Shown here piece after piece: positions 39,827-54,800 of a stretch of DNA of 64,000 nucleotides. Positions within the stretch are counted from its first letter, which is position 1, and every line of letters starts with the position of its first letter. The notes under the pieces were generated by a model. The model was not told the DNA's origin and did not search any database. It saw only the letters and a list, made by a program, of their open reading frames with translations. The position numbers were made by a program, and so were the translations under genes. Source of the stretch: Amphiscolops sp. MND2022 (taxonomy: Eukaryota); the NCBI GenBank assembly GCA_964187785.1, contig OZ076409.1, forward strand, positions 88,352,001-88,416,000, in the 5' to 3' direction.

Positions 39827-42800
39827 GTGAGTACACTTTTCCCTTTTCAGTAATCCTTTTCCTTGTTTTCCTTTTGCCAATAAGAATAAATTTTGGGTGT
39901 TTCAAGACTTCAATGTAAGGTACTTCCTAAAAGATAGTTTTCGAACGACGTGTTAACCTTTTCTTATTGCGCTATAGTTTGCAATTTTAAAGAGCCGGAA
40001 GTGAGTCAATTCAAGCAAAGCAATTGTTTTCTGCTTTGTATAGCAGCACATTTTCGAATGAGCTCACAGGAAGACAGAACAAGGAGGTGACTTGAAATTT
40101 TTTCGCTTCCAATAAACGCCTTTTGAAGTTTTTTAAATGAATATTTAGTGATATTTGATGAATTTACTACGGAAAAACAAAAAGATTCTGACACTGAGTA
40201 AATATCAAAACCAAAAAATATCCAAAACCTTCATTAAAAACAGTTTTTTCGTTTCTTGAGATATTTTGGCAAGGCCATTTTCTGGCAAACATTAATTACG
40301 TGATTCAAAAAATATATTTTTTTCATCTTATCGAGATAGAACGAGCTAGTTGACGGCTTGTTATTCACAATTATCAATGTTTTTATAATACTTATAATTA
40401 TCAGCCTGCTCAAAATGTTTTTTTTTCTGCTTCAGTGTCAGTAGTGAAGATGATGCGTCTCTGAAATCGTTACAGTCTGCCGCCAATTTAACGGAGTGAG
40501 TGAACTCTGTTTTTCAAATTAATTTCTGAACTTCCTAAATTTATAAAATTTAACAATAAAATCGAATTTCACTGGTTTCACTGTTTGCACTACTATACGT
40601 CAAAATTGTTTAAAGTTAAATTTCAATCCCAATTCAAAAAATGGCATTGTATCAGAACTTAAGGTCAACTATGAGTGATTGAAAAGTTAGTAATCGAGCA
40701 AAACGTCGCATCTCAAATGAAAATTTTTAGATTGTCGAGGAGATATGATGGATGATAAATTTTTGAACCAAATTCAACAGTCAGTGTATTTTTTGTTGAA
40801 ATTTTCAGCTTGAATTTGCTGTCCGTTTTCAGAAATGACGACAAAGTTTCACACTTTTGCGAGTACATAGACGACGTAGTGTGCGATTCTGAGACGGTGA
40901 AGTTGCTGACCCAGGATGCATACAAGTACGTGGTCGTGGAGGCGGCCCCTGGAGAGTGTTCCCTAGAGAGGGAGACCGATGTGAGGTACGGACCCAACAT
41001 CAGGTGCTGTTCCGGCTGGATCGGAGAGCTCTGTGACCAGGAAGTGCAGGAAGTCATTGACTCCATGGACGGCGAGTTTCCCAGAGAGGAGCTGGTCAAG
41101 ATGATTGACAGCATCCTCGAGACTTGCGTTTCCGATGGTAAGTCTGTCTTTTTTCGGCCCATGCGTAATGTTTTAACACATATTTGAACATATTCTGGGG
41201 TTAAAATTGAAAAAACAATTTGGACGTTTTTCGTACATTCCAGACATTTTCTAACAGTTTGCAATTTTCAGACATTGTCTTGCAAGATTTGTCCAAGAAT
41301 CTTGCAAGAAATGTCTTGACCTGCAAGCAGAGTTTTGACACCGCTAATTAGCGATTTAGCGGATTAGCGGCCGCGCAAAAATTTTTCAGCGATTTAATTA
41401 GCGGATCAAATTAACGGCAACTAAAAAACTCTTCAAATTCAAATTTTTCTCGGAGTTTCAAAATGAATTTCAAAAATGTCGTTCCAATCTTACTCGTGTA
41501 AAACCTACGTAGTATGAGAAAAAATCTTTTTTTTGTTTTTTTGTAAAATCTGAATCAATTTATCATTTAATTTCCAAACATCCTTGAATAAAACATTTAG
41601 TATTTCGAAGAAAAAAGTTTTTCAGCTCGAAAAGTTTTTCAGCGAAATAGCGATTTTGAAATTAGCGGTTTAGCGATTAGCGAAAAAAATTAGCGATGTC
41701 AAAACCCTGCTTGCAAGAATCTTGCAAGAAAGGTCTGAATCTGTCAGGTTTGTCTGAAATGTAATATACTTGCAAGATTCTTGCAGATAGTGTCTGATAT
41801 ATACCACTTCTGCAAGATTCTTGCAAGAAATGTATGCGAGTTCGACTGGGGACTGGTAAAGGCCGTCAAAAAAACTCTGCTAAGCAGTGTAGGATCTTCA
41901 AAACAAACAGGCGCAAGCAATAAAGTACATAATCTAATAAATGGTGAACATTTTTCTTCTCAAAATAAATTTTCCACCAAACATTTCTGCGTGAACTGGG
42001 ACTTTTTTTCAACACACTTTTTCCGACCGCAATATCTTGACACGTTCAGTTCTAATAAAAAACAAGCAGTACTGTTTCGTACCCTGTTTTTGTTTATTGA
42101 TAGAGAGCAAGCGATTATATGCTTAAAAAATAATTGTTCGCTAAGCGCTTAGATTACATTTCAAACTTCATTGTTGTTATCATTTTTTTGGAAGACCGAC
42201 TTTTCTTCCCTTTTATTTAAGTATCAAACCCTATACTCTAGATTTGGTTGGTTTCAGTGAGACATACTAGGGTTGCATTTCTTTTGCATTATTCAAAAAT
42301 TAGGATTGTGCTGAGAAACCTGTGAGAAAAGTTTTATAAAATAAATTTCGATGAAATTTCATTTTTAAAAATTCATGCGAGAATAATAGATCCAGTTTTG
42401 TAAATTTGCTAGGTACCAATTTCTCTCGAATGGGTCCAATAGAGTAAAAAAAACTTTTCAGACGTCTACAGTATAGCTGGAAGGCAGTTTGCGACATGCG
42501 CCACAAATGGTGATTTCGCAATCAGGACTTTTGACAACCAAGACATCTATTTCACGCCTTCCTGTCGCTACGTGCTGGCCAAGGATAGACAGGGTGCCTT
42601 CGAAGTCACTGCTACCTACCAGTGTCACTACCCTGCCACCACCGAAAAAGTGTGCAACAAGGTAACCATCATTTCAAACTGTGGTTTTGTCCAAACATGA
42701 AATTTCAAGACCCAAAAACGTTAAGCTCCAAGCTATGTAGGTTAAGTATTTGTCCAATAAAGGTTAAAATATGATATTCGAATATGATATGCAACCTCTC

Positions 42801-45800
42801 TTGAGGCATTATCCTTAGAGCAATCTTAGGTGACCTAGGTGAGAGACTAATATTATCAGTGGTTACGTTTGAGGGATTAAAAAATTCACAGCATATGATC
42901 ATTTAAGCTGTTTAAATTTGAACTGGCACTGCATGTAATCCAGTAGATAGGGGAGCATGGCATAGTGGTTAGAGCATTCGGCCTGTACTGGGGCGGTATC
43001 AGGTTCGAATACCTCTCAACTCACCATTGTTGGGCCTTGAGCAAGTCTTTCATCCCTAGCTTAGTGGTATGGTGAGTGACAAAAAATGACGCATTTGGCA
43101 GAGAAAAGCAAAATAAAAAGAGCAACGGTGAGCAGTCAGACCTTTGTGACCTTGAGCAAGTCATTATGAAACCACAGCTTCAAGTCCACAATTGCTTGAC
43201 CATTTGGCTGCAAATATGGCACCACAGCTTGCTATGGGGAGATAGTATCCGAAAGGGCGCCGACTTAGAAAAGCAGAACTGCATATTCGGCGCCCACCCC
43301 GCGGAAATGGGGAAATAAACTTTCTTCTTCTTTGGGCAATTTGGTGCTCTGGAGCCATGCAGAAACGGAATTGCATAAAGTGGGCTTGTTTAATGACTCA
43401 CTGTTTTAAATCGCCTAGAAATCTTTGTAAAATCAAAGCTAAACATTTTACTAAACCGAAACCTGCGAGCATAGAGGACTCCTTAAGATTTTCGGCACTA
43501 TGCGACTTACCGGAGACATTCATCAAAAAATTTTTTCCTCGATTTTTTTTATTTGAGAGGTTTTATGTGGAGCGAAATGGGTTTTGTTGTCTCCAGTTGG
43601 GGGAATGGTTTCCGAGGAGTATTATGCGTATCCCTTGAAGTATAATTTGGCACTGTAACATTGATGAAGTTTCAACAAAAGTGTCCGTTTTCATTTTGGA
43701 AGAACTTTACTTTTTTTGAACCTCGAGCGGGGCACCAACTTGGGCCGTTCCCGGCTTGTTTATACTCATATTATGTTTTTTTGTTATTTCAGACGTTCAA
43801 CCTGATCACACAAGCCGGAGACAGCTACTACTCGGCAGAGCTACTCGGGTTGTACAAGTTCAGGCTGGTGAAAATGAACTCCTTGCTCCAAGTGTCAGAG
43901 GTGATTGTCGACACAACTCAGAGCGATGTCTTGGTCGAGTTTGCGTACGAGGATGACTTCATCAGAGTGCTCACAGTCCAAGACTACATCTACTTGCAGA
44001 GTGAGTGTTTGTTTCCCTCAAAAAACTTTTTGTAAAGTCCAAAAAACTTTTTTCAAAAAAAAGTTATGTTTTTTTCCAAAGGATGATTGAAAAGGATTTC
44101 AAGAGGACTTCAAGAATGAAAAATGAACGTTTATCGGTATTGGCGATTAAACTTGAGTCAATCGTACAGAGATGAACGGAAACGCTTTTTAACAACTATC
44201 ACTTCTCTTCGTTTCATATAGTTTTGACCAGACTTTCTATGACAGCTTCCCAATGGTAGTTTACACTAAGTGACCGAACAAACGAATGAACCAAAAAACA
44301 TTTGGAGTTGGTTAAATCAGGATCAATTGAAACAATCTGCGACCCGCTGGAAGCTCATAAAGAGCAAAGTCTCTCCTGTCACAAGATCTTCAAAAAAAAT
44401 TTCATAAATTTCATGTACCATATAAAACCATTTGGTCCCAGTCACGCGTTTCCATCAGTTCAAAATTTTTTCGAAAAAATAACTTCAATCCAAACAGAAT
44501 TCACATTAAAATTCTTGAAAATTTTATTTGGTACCAACCATAGGTTTTTTAGGAAGGTCTAGGGATCTAAGTATCTAAGAGATCTAGGAATCAAAGGAAA
44601 CTAGACTTTTTTGCGGAATCCAAGAGTTTAAATCGAAGAGTAACTCCAATTTTGCGGATATTAAGATAGCTAATTGAATCCAAGACGGTCAATTGGCTCA
44701 TTAAATATTTCCGTGGAAACCGAGATTTGAATTTGCGATAACTAAGATTTCCTTACTTTCCGCAACATCGAAGGATAGGCTTTTCTTAGATTCCGCAAAC
44801 CTCAAAGAGATTGGAATTTCGTAAGCGTGTTTCGGATTCCGCAAAACCTTGTGGTTTCCGCAAAATACGCAGAAAAAGCTTGTCTATGCACTGTAATGGT
44901 ATGCTCTTGAACGTATGCGAAGGTGTAGACTAGGACCTTTCGGATGCTACATTAGGATACATCTTCACAGACAAACTAAACAAATGAACGAAAAAGTGGA
45001 AATTTTAGTGACATCTGGAGTAAAAAGCTACTTCGATAAGAGTGTGCCAAGATTCTTCAAGAAGCGTCAATTAGAAAACACAGAATAGACAGAATCAGTA
45101 GACGCGTGTCCAGTTATGCATAATAAGAGTTTTCTGCAGAGAGTAATTACATGTTTTGTATATACACAGGGTGTCCCAAAAAGTGATAAAAGTAAACGTT
45201 TGCTAAACTCATACAAAGCAGTATAGAAAGATTAACCAAATTAACAAATTGCATAAAACTGGATGCCATTTTTCACGATTGCATTCACTTTGACATCAAG
45301 TGTTCGAATTGTTTTCCAGGAGGCTGGAAACAACAAGAAGCTTTTACACTCAAGTTGTTGGTTGCTTTCCTAATATCTTATGCGCTCAGCAACTGGCATC
45401 TTGTTTCTATAACGTCCATTCCTCCTTTTGGAGGGCTTCTCTCGTCGGGCTTCTCTCGTCGAAATAATAGGGTTTTCTTTTGAAAACACGAGAATCGAGT
45501 CGTCAGAGTTGATTGGACGTCTTCCTTTCTTTGTGGTAGCAATGGGTCCAGAATCAAAAACTAATCTTCTCCCAAAAACGAACAGGAAACAAATACGGAA
45601 ATTGTCTCTGCTGTTGACCTGATAAAACATAGTGTCGGTAGAATTTTCGTTTTACAGTTTTTGGGCTTTCAAAGAGAAAGTTGCTTGAAAAGCGATAAAG
45701 ACTTCAAGTCGCTTTTGGACTCAAAAAAGGCTGTTTGCTAACTGAAACTATCCAAAAACTCAACTTGGGCTTCTTTTGTGGAATCGAAAAAAAAAAATTG

Positions 45801-48800
45801 AACGGTGCCAAAAAAATCACAACGTTTGGAATTCGAACAAAAATATCGAAAAATCAACAAAGAGGAAGGATCTTTGAACCATTTTTTGCAATTTTTGAAA
45901 GTGTCGAGAAAACCCTACATACAGCTTTGTATTTCGAAAAAGAATATCAAAACTTGAAAGGAACGCCCTGGAAAAATTTTGAAACAAAGTCGAACTGTGT
46001 CGGAAAAAACACAAATTCGAAAATCGAACACGAATGTCAAAATATCAAAAGAGAACACCTTGAAGCGTATTGGTCCTTTTTAGATTGTAAATATTGTCCT
46101 TGTAAATATTTTTAATCGTTATCAGACACCTCAATTGAAAGAAAATGGAAAAAAAATGAAAAACCCGACCTGAAGCTTTTATAAAAGTCGCGTTTTATTT
46201 CATATTTCTGAACGCATGCTCTCCGCGATAGAATATTCAAAACTTTTTTGCCGGCTTCTAAAGGTGTAAAAAACCAACTCTAAATACTTAGTTATCCGGT
46301 TTCAAGATATTCACGTGGTACACAACACTCCCACGTACCTGAATGTTTTTCAGACCGTGCCCAGCAGATGAGTGTGAAGTTCTACCGTGACTCAGCCGTC
46401 TTTGTCACCCTTGATGTCGACAACTGGAGGAAAGAAGAGGGCGAAGATCGAAAGGTCGATGGTCTCTGTGGAAACTTCGACGACAACCCATACAACGATA
46501 TCTCTGATGCTGACGGCAATTCCATCTCAATGGAGAAATTCGTGGAGAGAAACATCAAAAACGACGGGACTTTGGTACGTGAATTACTGAATTGTTGTTA
46601 AGTTCAGGAAACAAGACGTCTCACAATGCCGAAAAAAAATTAAAAGGGAGACCCTTCAGTCTCGTCCCACATTGTATGTTACGCTGAAAAAGGAAACAAA
46701 TTATACATGTAGTTCAGTTTCGTGGGTCAAATGGTAGAAATTGGCCCCTTAAAACTTTGTAGAACTTGCAGGACTAGTTTGGTCAATTCGAGTGGATTGA
46801 AAAAAGAGTCATTATTATGGACGCGTTTCACTTTATGAAGCGCCCACTAAAAAACAAAATCATACAAAATTTTGTCATCAACCATACGACAATCTAAGTA
46901 TGTTGCGAAATTTGCAAAAGCTCGGTTTTCAAAAAGTCAACTCTACTCGATGTTTTAATTCTGTATTCTCCTACAGCTTAAATTGACAAAAATAATGAAG
47001 GTTTAATATATTTTAATAATTATTCGTTTTTTTGCAGTTGTGCCGAGCCCAAGACAACATCATTCACCCTTGTGAAGGAAACTTGCCTTTGATGATCGAG
47101 GCCATACAGTACTGTGCTAAACTGAAGGATGCCAACACTTTCGGAGAATGTGCAACCTCAAACGGAAACGACTCAAGTTCGGTAAGCAGCTGATTCATTC
47201 TAAGCAAAAACTGAATTGGGTTTTTGGAAAACCAATCTTTTGAAATGATAAAAACATTGCTACTCAATAATTAACATGCTTTATATCACTAGCAAAAAAG
47301 TACGTTTATAAATCAAACAAGCGAAATATATTTGCGAAACAGGCTTGAACTTTCAACTTGTGCATTTCGACATCAAATTGTCCATAATAGACACCAGTCT
47401 TGATTGCTCATGGGTATCTTGTCAAGATATTGCCTAAGATCTCCCAATAAAAAGATGAGAAAAGTAGAGAGCTCAAAAAAGTCTCAAAGAAGTTGAGGAA
47501 AGGGCCATGATAACAAGAGACAAGGCGGTAAAGACATCAGTCGGCGCCTCACTTGGGGCTCAAAAAGCAAAGTCTTTGAAACAAGGTTCAAATACCAATC
47601 TGTCGACATCGTTAGCGTTGAAACTTTGGTCCAATAAAATGATGTCGACATTATCATATCCATTACATTGACTGCCATGTAAAAAGTTGCTCATTAGATT
47701 TTATGGCGGAGAAAATTTGCGTTGAAATTGGGGCCTTTTTATACAATTTTAGCTTGTTATAGGCGTGAATTTTGCAATTTCGGACAATAATATCGAAAAA
47801 TTAGGGTCATTTTTTGCTGGAAGTGTCAAAACAGCTATGAAAAGAAGTATTCTCATTCTCATAGTAGTCCCTTATTATTGAATTAATTTTTTTCCCAAGA
47901 ATAAAATGTTCTTTCGTTTTTTGGGGGTTGGAGGGGGGATTCGCTGAGGTGGGATTCGAAATAAGGTGTACATAGAGGGGGGATTACAAAAATAAAAAGC
48001 AAGGATAATTTTCAGGTGTGTAGTGGAGCCTTCCAGCTGTCTTGCACCTGGCAATACTGTTCAATTGAAGGCACACGAGAGGACCGAATCGGCAGTGCCT
48101 GCTCCTTGATCGAACTCTTTGTCTGTCATTGTACCTCTGCTGGCATGACTCTGGGGAACGAGAACTGGCGAGAAGCTGTTGCCTGTCGTAAGATACATTT
48201 CTACTAGCTTCAATTTGGGAACAAAGTTTTGAAACAAAACTTTTGAACTTCAACTCGGGTTTTGAAATCACATTCTGATTGGAACGATACTTAACTTACC
48301 GGGGAACAACACGGGAACGGCCCAAATCAGAGCCCCGCTCAAGGTTCAAAGGAGTAAAGTTTTTTAAATATGCAAAAGGACACTACTGTTAAAATTTCAT
48401 CAAACTTTTAAGACGAAAAATAATCATTTTGAAAAATCTCACAATAACGAAAAATGTAAAATAATGAAAAAATGAATATCCGATTTGTTGCAAAATATAA
48501 GAAAAATGAAAGAAGGGCCTTTTGGAGATTAAGTTTTTCAGAAACAAGTCTCACACAGCCGAAAAAAATAAACCGGGGACCCTTCAGTCTGATCCGGTTT
48601 AGCACATGCACGAAAACGTTTCTGGCTGAAGCAAGGACTCGAACCTGCGACCGCTGGATTCGAACTAAACTGATTAACCTCTCTGCTAAAAATTGGTACA
48701 TACAGTGTGAGCTCTGTGGTGTGGCAAAAAGAAGAGAAATTAGCCACTGTAACAGTCGAGCACTTTTTGTCTCGAAATAGGGAAACGTTGTGGAAGGTTT

Positions 48801-51800
48801 ATATATAGGTTTGAGTAGTTGTTCACGAAATTGTGGTTTCAGCTGATTACGACTGTCCCGGTGAGATGAAGAGCTACAGGTCATCTGGTCCATCTTGCAC
48901 ACCACAATGCCGAAATCCAAATCCCCCTGACACTTCTGAGTGCTGTAAGTTTTCGAAAACTACTGCCTTTTATCCCCTTTAACCCACGTTTTTTCCACAG
49001 GAATCTAGAAAATGTTTGCAAAAAATCAAGAAAGGTTTGCAAAATATGTTTTTGGTTTTTCTTTTGGAATTACAAGTCGTTCTTCTTTGTGTCTTGTTTG
49101 TGTAGAATTCATTCTCGTTTTCATGATCTATATTAAGCTCCACAGAATTTCAAATTGAAGTTCACGCGGCCTGGAATCGTGTAAACGCGTGAATTGTTGC
49201 TCAATCAAATTTCAGCGTGTCGAAAGATAAAAGCGTGAAATAACTCAGTTTCCGTTCAAAATTTGGTAATATGGCTTGAAAGTGAATGAAAGATATACCA
49301 AGAACATTAATTTCGGCAGGGAAATTTTGATTTGGCAACAAAATTTGGAAAGTTTTTGCAGCCAGCAAGATTTAGATTTCAAAACTCAGAAGAAATTGTT
49401 GTTTTTGTATGTCAATGCGAATCGAAAAAGTTTTTCTAATTGTGGACAAGAAAATGCGTGAAATTAGAGCAGAATTAGCGTGACACGGAAGCGTGAGATA
49501 ATGCGAAGTCAAATCAATGTGGTAGTAAACAAACTATGCGCTTGCTGCTGTTTAGCTGAAGAGATTCCCGGATGTTTCTGCCCGGATGGAATGTTGGTGG
49601 ACATTGACAGTGAGATGTTGGACTGTGTCACTCCCGAACAATGTCACTGCATTTACGACAACACTCTCTACAACAACGGCGACAAACTCGAACTCAGATG
49701 CTCACAATGGTCAGTAGCTCAGTTTCATGCCGAATTCAAAAATAAAAGCAGCCGCATTATTAAAAGCCGCTTATCATCGATTATCAAAGTAAAAGCTGCT
49801 ACTTTTTTCGAGAGACATCAAGTAAGAGCTTCAAAGCTTATTGAAAAAAGTCTGTATTCCTACAAGTTTGCATGGCTGAAAAACATGAAAGAAATTTGAA
49901 TGAAAGTTCCTTTTGATCCAAAACTGGATTCAAGAGAGGAGCTTTAGATCAAAAACTTGTTGCTTCAAGTTTATTGTTCCATGTAAAGAATAATTTTCAA
50001 ACTGCTGCTTCTGGTGTCCACTTGAGAAATCCAATATTACAAAACACCAGTAGGAAAACGCCTCGTGAAATCTTGAAACGATGATCTTACATGGTTCTAA
50101 GTTACAAACTTTTTCAAATCAACAATACAGTATCTGGTATTTGAGCTCCAAAAGTGTGAAGCAAACTATAATAGCCATGTGTTTCTTGGTAAAATTTTCT
50201 CTATGGAGCAAGCACAGCCAAAATAGCCTACAATACAAGCACTTTTTGATTTTTCAAATCATTCATTAGATTAACTCGTTTGAAACAAATTTGTTTAAAA
50301 TAGTCTCATTTATTTTTCCTTTTTCGATTTTAGCTATTGCACGGCTGGTGGTCTGTGGAAATGCTTGGAGACTCCTTGCTACGATCAATGCCTCGTCACT
50401 GGTCATCCTCATTACAGGACCTTCGATGGCAAATGGTACAACTTCTACGGAACTTGTGACTACATTTTGGCCAAGGTAAACAATAGCACGCCCTATAGTT
50501 GCATTCAAAAATGAGGAAATCTGTTTACCTTCATGGAGACTATTCAAAGAGTCGAAAATTTTCAAACTATTCATTGCGCCGAAAAACTCTATTGATTATC
50601 TTTATTTCTGGACTATTTTCATATTGGTTGTATGACTCGGCTTTTCTTCCGCGGCGCTTCGCGAAAACCAGCCTCTTGTCAAGTAATAGCACGTCGCTCC
50701 GCTTCGCTTCGCTCCTGCATTTAGCATAGCTGATTACATTATCGTTGTTACAGTTCGCCGCTGTGTGGCACTCTAATTTAACAATTTAATTCTTTCCTAT
50801 TTCAATTTTCAACCTATCAGAAGCGTTTAATAATCACTTTTCGGCGCGATGAATAGCTTTGTAAAATTTTGACGCTTTGAATATTCGACGCTTTGGGAAT
50901 CCGTCGCCCTTCATATTGCCCACGTGAAGTACTTCGTGTTTGATCCCTCGTGAAAACTATAATAACTTTTTTTGAATTCCACGATTCACGGACATCACCA
51001 AACTTTATGAAAAACAGTTAAACATCAGCGAAAGTGTCAGTTTCACAACTGATACATATGATGTCCATAAACATTGGGAGAACTGTTTGATGTTTAGGAT
51101 TACGTGGGCGGAAACTTCGAGATCCAAGTTTTCCACCCTGACGTGGCCAACACAGCTGCCGGTGTGAACAACTTGAAGGCACCAGCTCCAACCAACGTGT
51201 TGAAAGGTCTCAAAATGCATTTTGGACAGAACGAGATCATTCTTCAAGGAACAACGATTACTGTGAATGGACAGACACAAACGGAACTGCCCATTGAGTA
51301 AGGAAATTCAACATTCCCTAGGAAATGTATCAGGTTCTTGAACAAACCTTTTTCCTTTAAAAATAGAAACTTCTCATTTATACAAACCCAAAATGCTTAT
51401 AATTATGATTTTTAAATCTTGAAGCCAATAAGTTTCTCTTGTGATTTTTACCTTTTTATGCAAAGAATGGTCAGCGTCTGAAGAAAACTGACGGTGCCGG
51501 AAAACAAAGTCTCCAATGTTCTGTTTAGAAGGACATTAATTGATGGGCCAAATAACGAATGGAGCACTAAAATTGAAAACATCAATATTTTTAGGTGTAC
51601 CTTATATTTTCAAGAACGTAGAATCATTGGTTTAGTATCATTCCACCCCACGTTCATTTCACCCCAAATTTATTTCACCACTCGTTCATTTCACCCCACG
51701 TTCATTTCACTTCAAATTCATTTCACCCCACATTTAAATTATCAAATGCGTCTCAGATTAATGACTATTGCCATACAATTTCAATCTTAGCGCTAATAGA

Positions 51801-54800
51801 AAGGGGTCTTGAATCTAATTACCATTAGATAAGCAAACAATCCTTGCCGTGTGAACCACAAAATCGGAACCGAAAAGTTTCACTTATCGGAATTGTAATA
51901 CTTCTGAACAAAGCGCTGAATTTTTTTCTATCAATCAAAATCTTCATTTATGGATGTTGCGAATCTTCGGCAAAAAATTTCCTATTCCGTTTTCCTACGG
52001 CAAAAAAATCCTACAAGCAAGAAACACAATCAAATCAAAGCTATTTCAAAGACAGTAGGCATCAAAGTTTAATCGTTAATTAATTAATTAAGATGAGACG
52101 CTTTTATATAAATGCAAAATGGTGTGAAATGAACCTGGGGTGAAATGAATGTTGGGTGAAATGAAATGGGGTGAAATGAACACACACCGAATCAATAAAT
52201 AGATATCAATCGAAAAAATTTACTATTGACGCCACAGAAAAAATAGAAGGGCAACTCTGGTGTTGCGAGACCAGTTCTAATTCCCTTACACAAACACATC
52301 GGCGGACGTAAAAGCTTTGATTGCAGTTAGAGAAATACATAACAATCCCTATTAAAGAAGACGCCATCGCTTTCAGTAATTTTCCGATGCGCCAATTCGC
52401 TATCTATCGTTAGAGCTAAGTTTGGAGGATACATAGCTCAAAAGTGTCTTTTTAGTCGGCGCTTTCATTAATGAAAGAGCCCGAATATTACAGTCACTCG
52501 TTTTTTTCTTTTTTAAGACAGACTCGAAGCGACGATTGTTAAAATTAACGTTCAACTACTAATTACAGTATTAACCTACTGGACCGGCAAACGGGGAGCG
52601 CATTTAGGATAGTGCAAAGGGTCCCCCCTTTCAGTTACTCCATTTTTATTGTAAGATACAAAACCGGACGAGACTATAGGGTCCCCCGTTTGAGTTTTTT
52701 TCCGGCACTGTGCGACTTTTTTTCGAAATTTTTTTGTCTCCAAAGGGTCCCCTTCAAGTTTTAGTATTTTACAGCAAATTGAAGTTTCAAAAAGCCCAAA
52801 AGGTCTCCCCTTTCAAGTTTTTCGGCATTATGAGACTGGCTCAAAATTCTTATTTTTCGTTTTTTCGTTTTTTTGAATATTTTTTTAAATGTCTCGAAAG
52901 GGTCCCCTTCAATTTTTTTAAAATATTTTGTAACATAATAGATATTAAACAATCCCAAAGGGTCCCCTATTTTAGATTTTTCGGCACTATGAGACCGATT
53001 GTCATTTTTCGTCTGAAATTAAGTTTTCTCAGTATATATTTACCAATAATTTTTCCAAAACTATCCGAAACTTGGACGTAATATCCTGAGTAAAGCGCTA
53101 TATCCGCATTTTTGACGTTATATCCGAATTATATTCCGTTTTACCAAGGAGGAGGCGGAGGTTCAAAAAGCGCTTCCATTTGGGCCAGCACGCTATATCC
53201 GAAGTTTGAGACGTTACACCCCGCAACAAATTGGATTTTCAAAAAACCCAAAGGGTCCCCCTTTTACAATTTCAAACAGTTTAAGCTTTTTGAGCCTTAG
53301 ATATGGCGCCGACTTTAGACGTTCCCGTCTTGTTTGGATTATGCAAACGAAAGGCGATGAATGTCATCTCTTCTTGGTGTGCAATCACTTTAAAACCGAA
53401 CGACACGCACTAATTGACTCATATTTCGACGTTAACCTAAATCTTTATAATCTAGGTCTGTTGATGATTTGTAAATTTTCCAACAAGCTGCGAAATTTTG
53501 CGAAGTTTTGCAGGAAAATTGTAGAAACTTCTCGCAGTACTGTGATAGAATAATGCATCTATTTTTTGTTCATTCTTTTTTGTTACAGTTTTTGAGCCTT
53601 GCCCACAAGGCAAAACTGACATTTAAACTCTTCTTTTTCTTAAATTCAAAAGCCCGAAAATTTGTGTAATGGATACTATAACAGAATCCGTCCATGTATT
53701 TGGACACCAATGCATTTGTTGGATTCCTATTTACTTACAATCTCCTTCACCTCTGTTCCAGGTTGATTGACTACGATGAGTTCTTCTACTACGTGCTGAT
53801 CAGACACTCAACTGACGAGTACCTCATGGTGAAGGCCCACTCAAACAAGGGATACCTCACGGTGCTCTACAACAAGTTCGACTCCATCACCATCAACATC
53901 CCACCTCACTTCGAGGGAAAAGTTAGTTAACTTGGGATTCTGATTGTATAGCTCATTGTAATTGGGAATGGGGTTGTATAGCAGTTTTAAACATTTTACC
54001 CTGATTTAGAAAAAATGCTTTGGTTGCAAGGATCTGGCCAGAATCTCGAAAGATCTTGCAAGATAATGCATTTTCCTTGGATTCCTTGAAAGAATCTTAC
54101 AAGATGCTTGCTTAGAATGTCATCCTCGCAAGATCCTTGCCAGCAATGCGTTTCTTGCAAAGATCTTGTAAGATCTTTCAAGGAATGTATTTAAATTCAC
54201 GATCACTGTAAGGATTGTTTTTTTCTTTTTCTACAGCTCTGTAAAGCATGTTTTAATCTTGAAAACATTTAACAACCCTTGAGAATTGCGTATCAAATGC
54301 GTTTTTGTTCAATATATAAGGGGGAACTTCTAGCGGTGTGAAATATGCTAACGTCTTTTCTGTAACTTTTTGTTGTTTCTGATTTTGACTCATACTTTTG
54401 CTGAACTGAAATTTTTCATACGTATCTTGGTTATCTTGAAGCTACTATTCAAATTATCTCTTTGGACATGGTCTTATTTTTACTTTTACAGGTTCGAGGT
54501 CTGTGTGGTTTCTACAACAACAAGATTGCTGACGACTTCACCAAGATTGACAAAATGATCACTTCTGACATCATTGCATTTGCGCAATCTTACGCTAAGG
54601 TGCTCAACTGTGTGCCCCCAGCAGATGACGAGTTTGACGACAAAACATCCAACTGTCTGTACCAATCGCTTTACGAGTTAGTTCAACATGTTGCTCCGAG
54701 TATTGCTTATCTCGACGAACAGAAAAAACGCCTACGGAATAATGTCTAAAGAATAACGTCTAAAGCAAAATCATGCTTAGTCATGCTCATTCCCAATCTT

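Noticed and set aside
40713..41264. 183-aa minus-strand ORF and other antisense ORFs over exons (e.g. 63074-63544, 13935-14327)
   Set aside because: Shadows of real + strand exons with no independent motifs.
44560..45200. GCGGAATC/GATTCCGC inverted motifs and a lone CAGGGTGTCCCAAAAAG mariner-like end
   Set aside because: Probably MITE remnants, but termini and TSD could not be defined.
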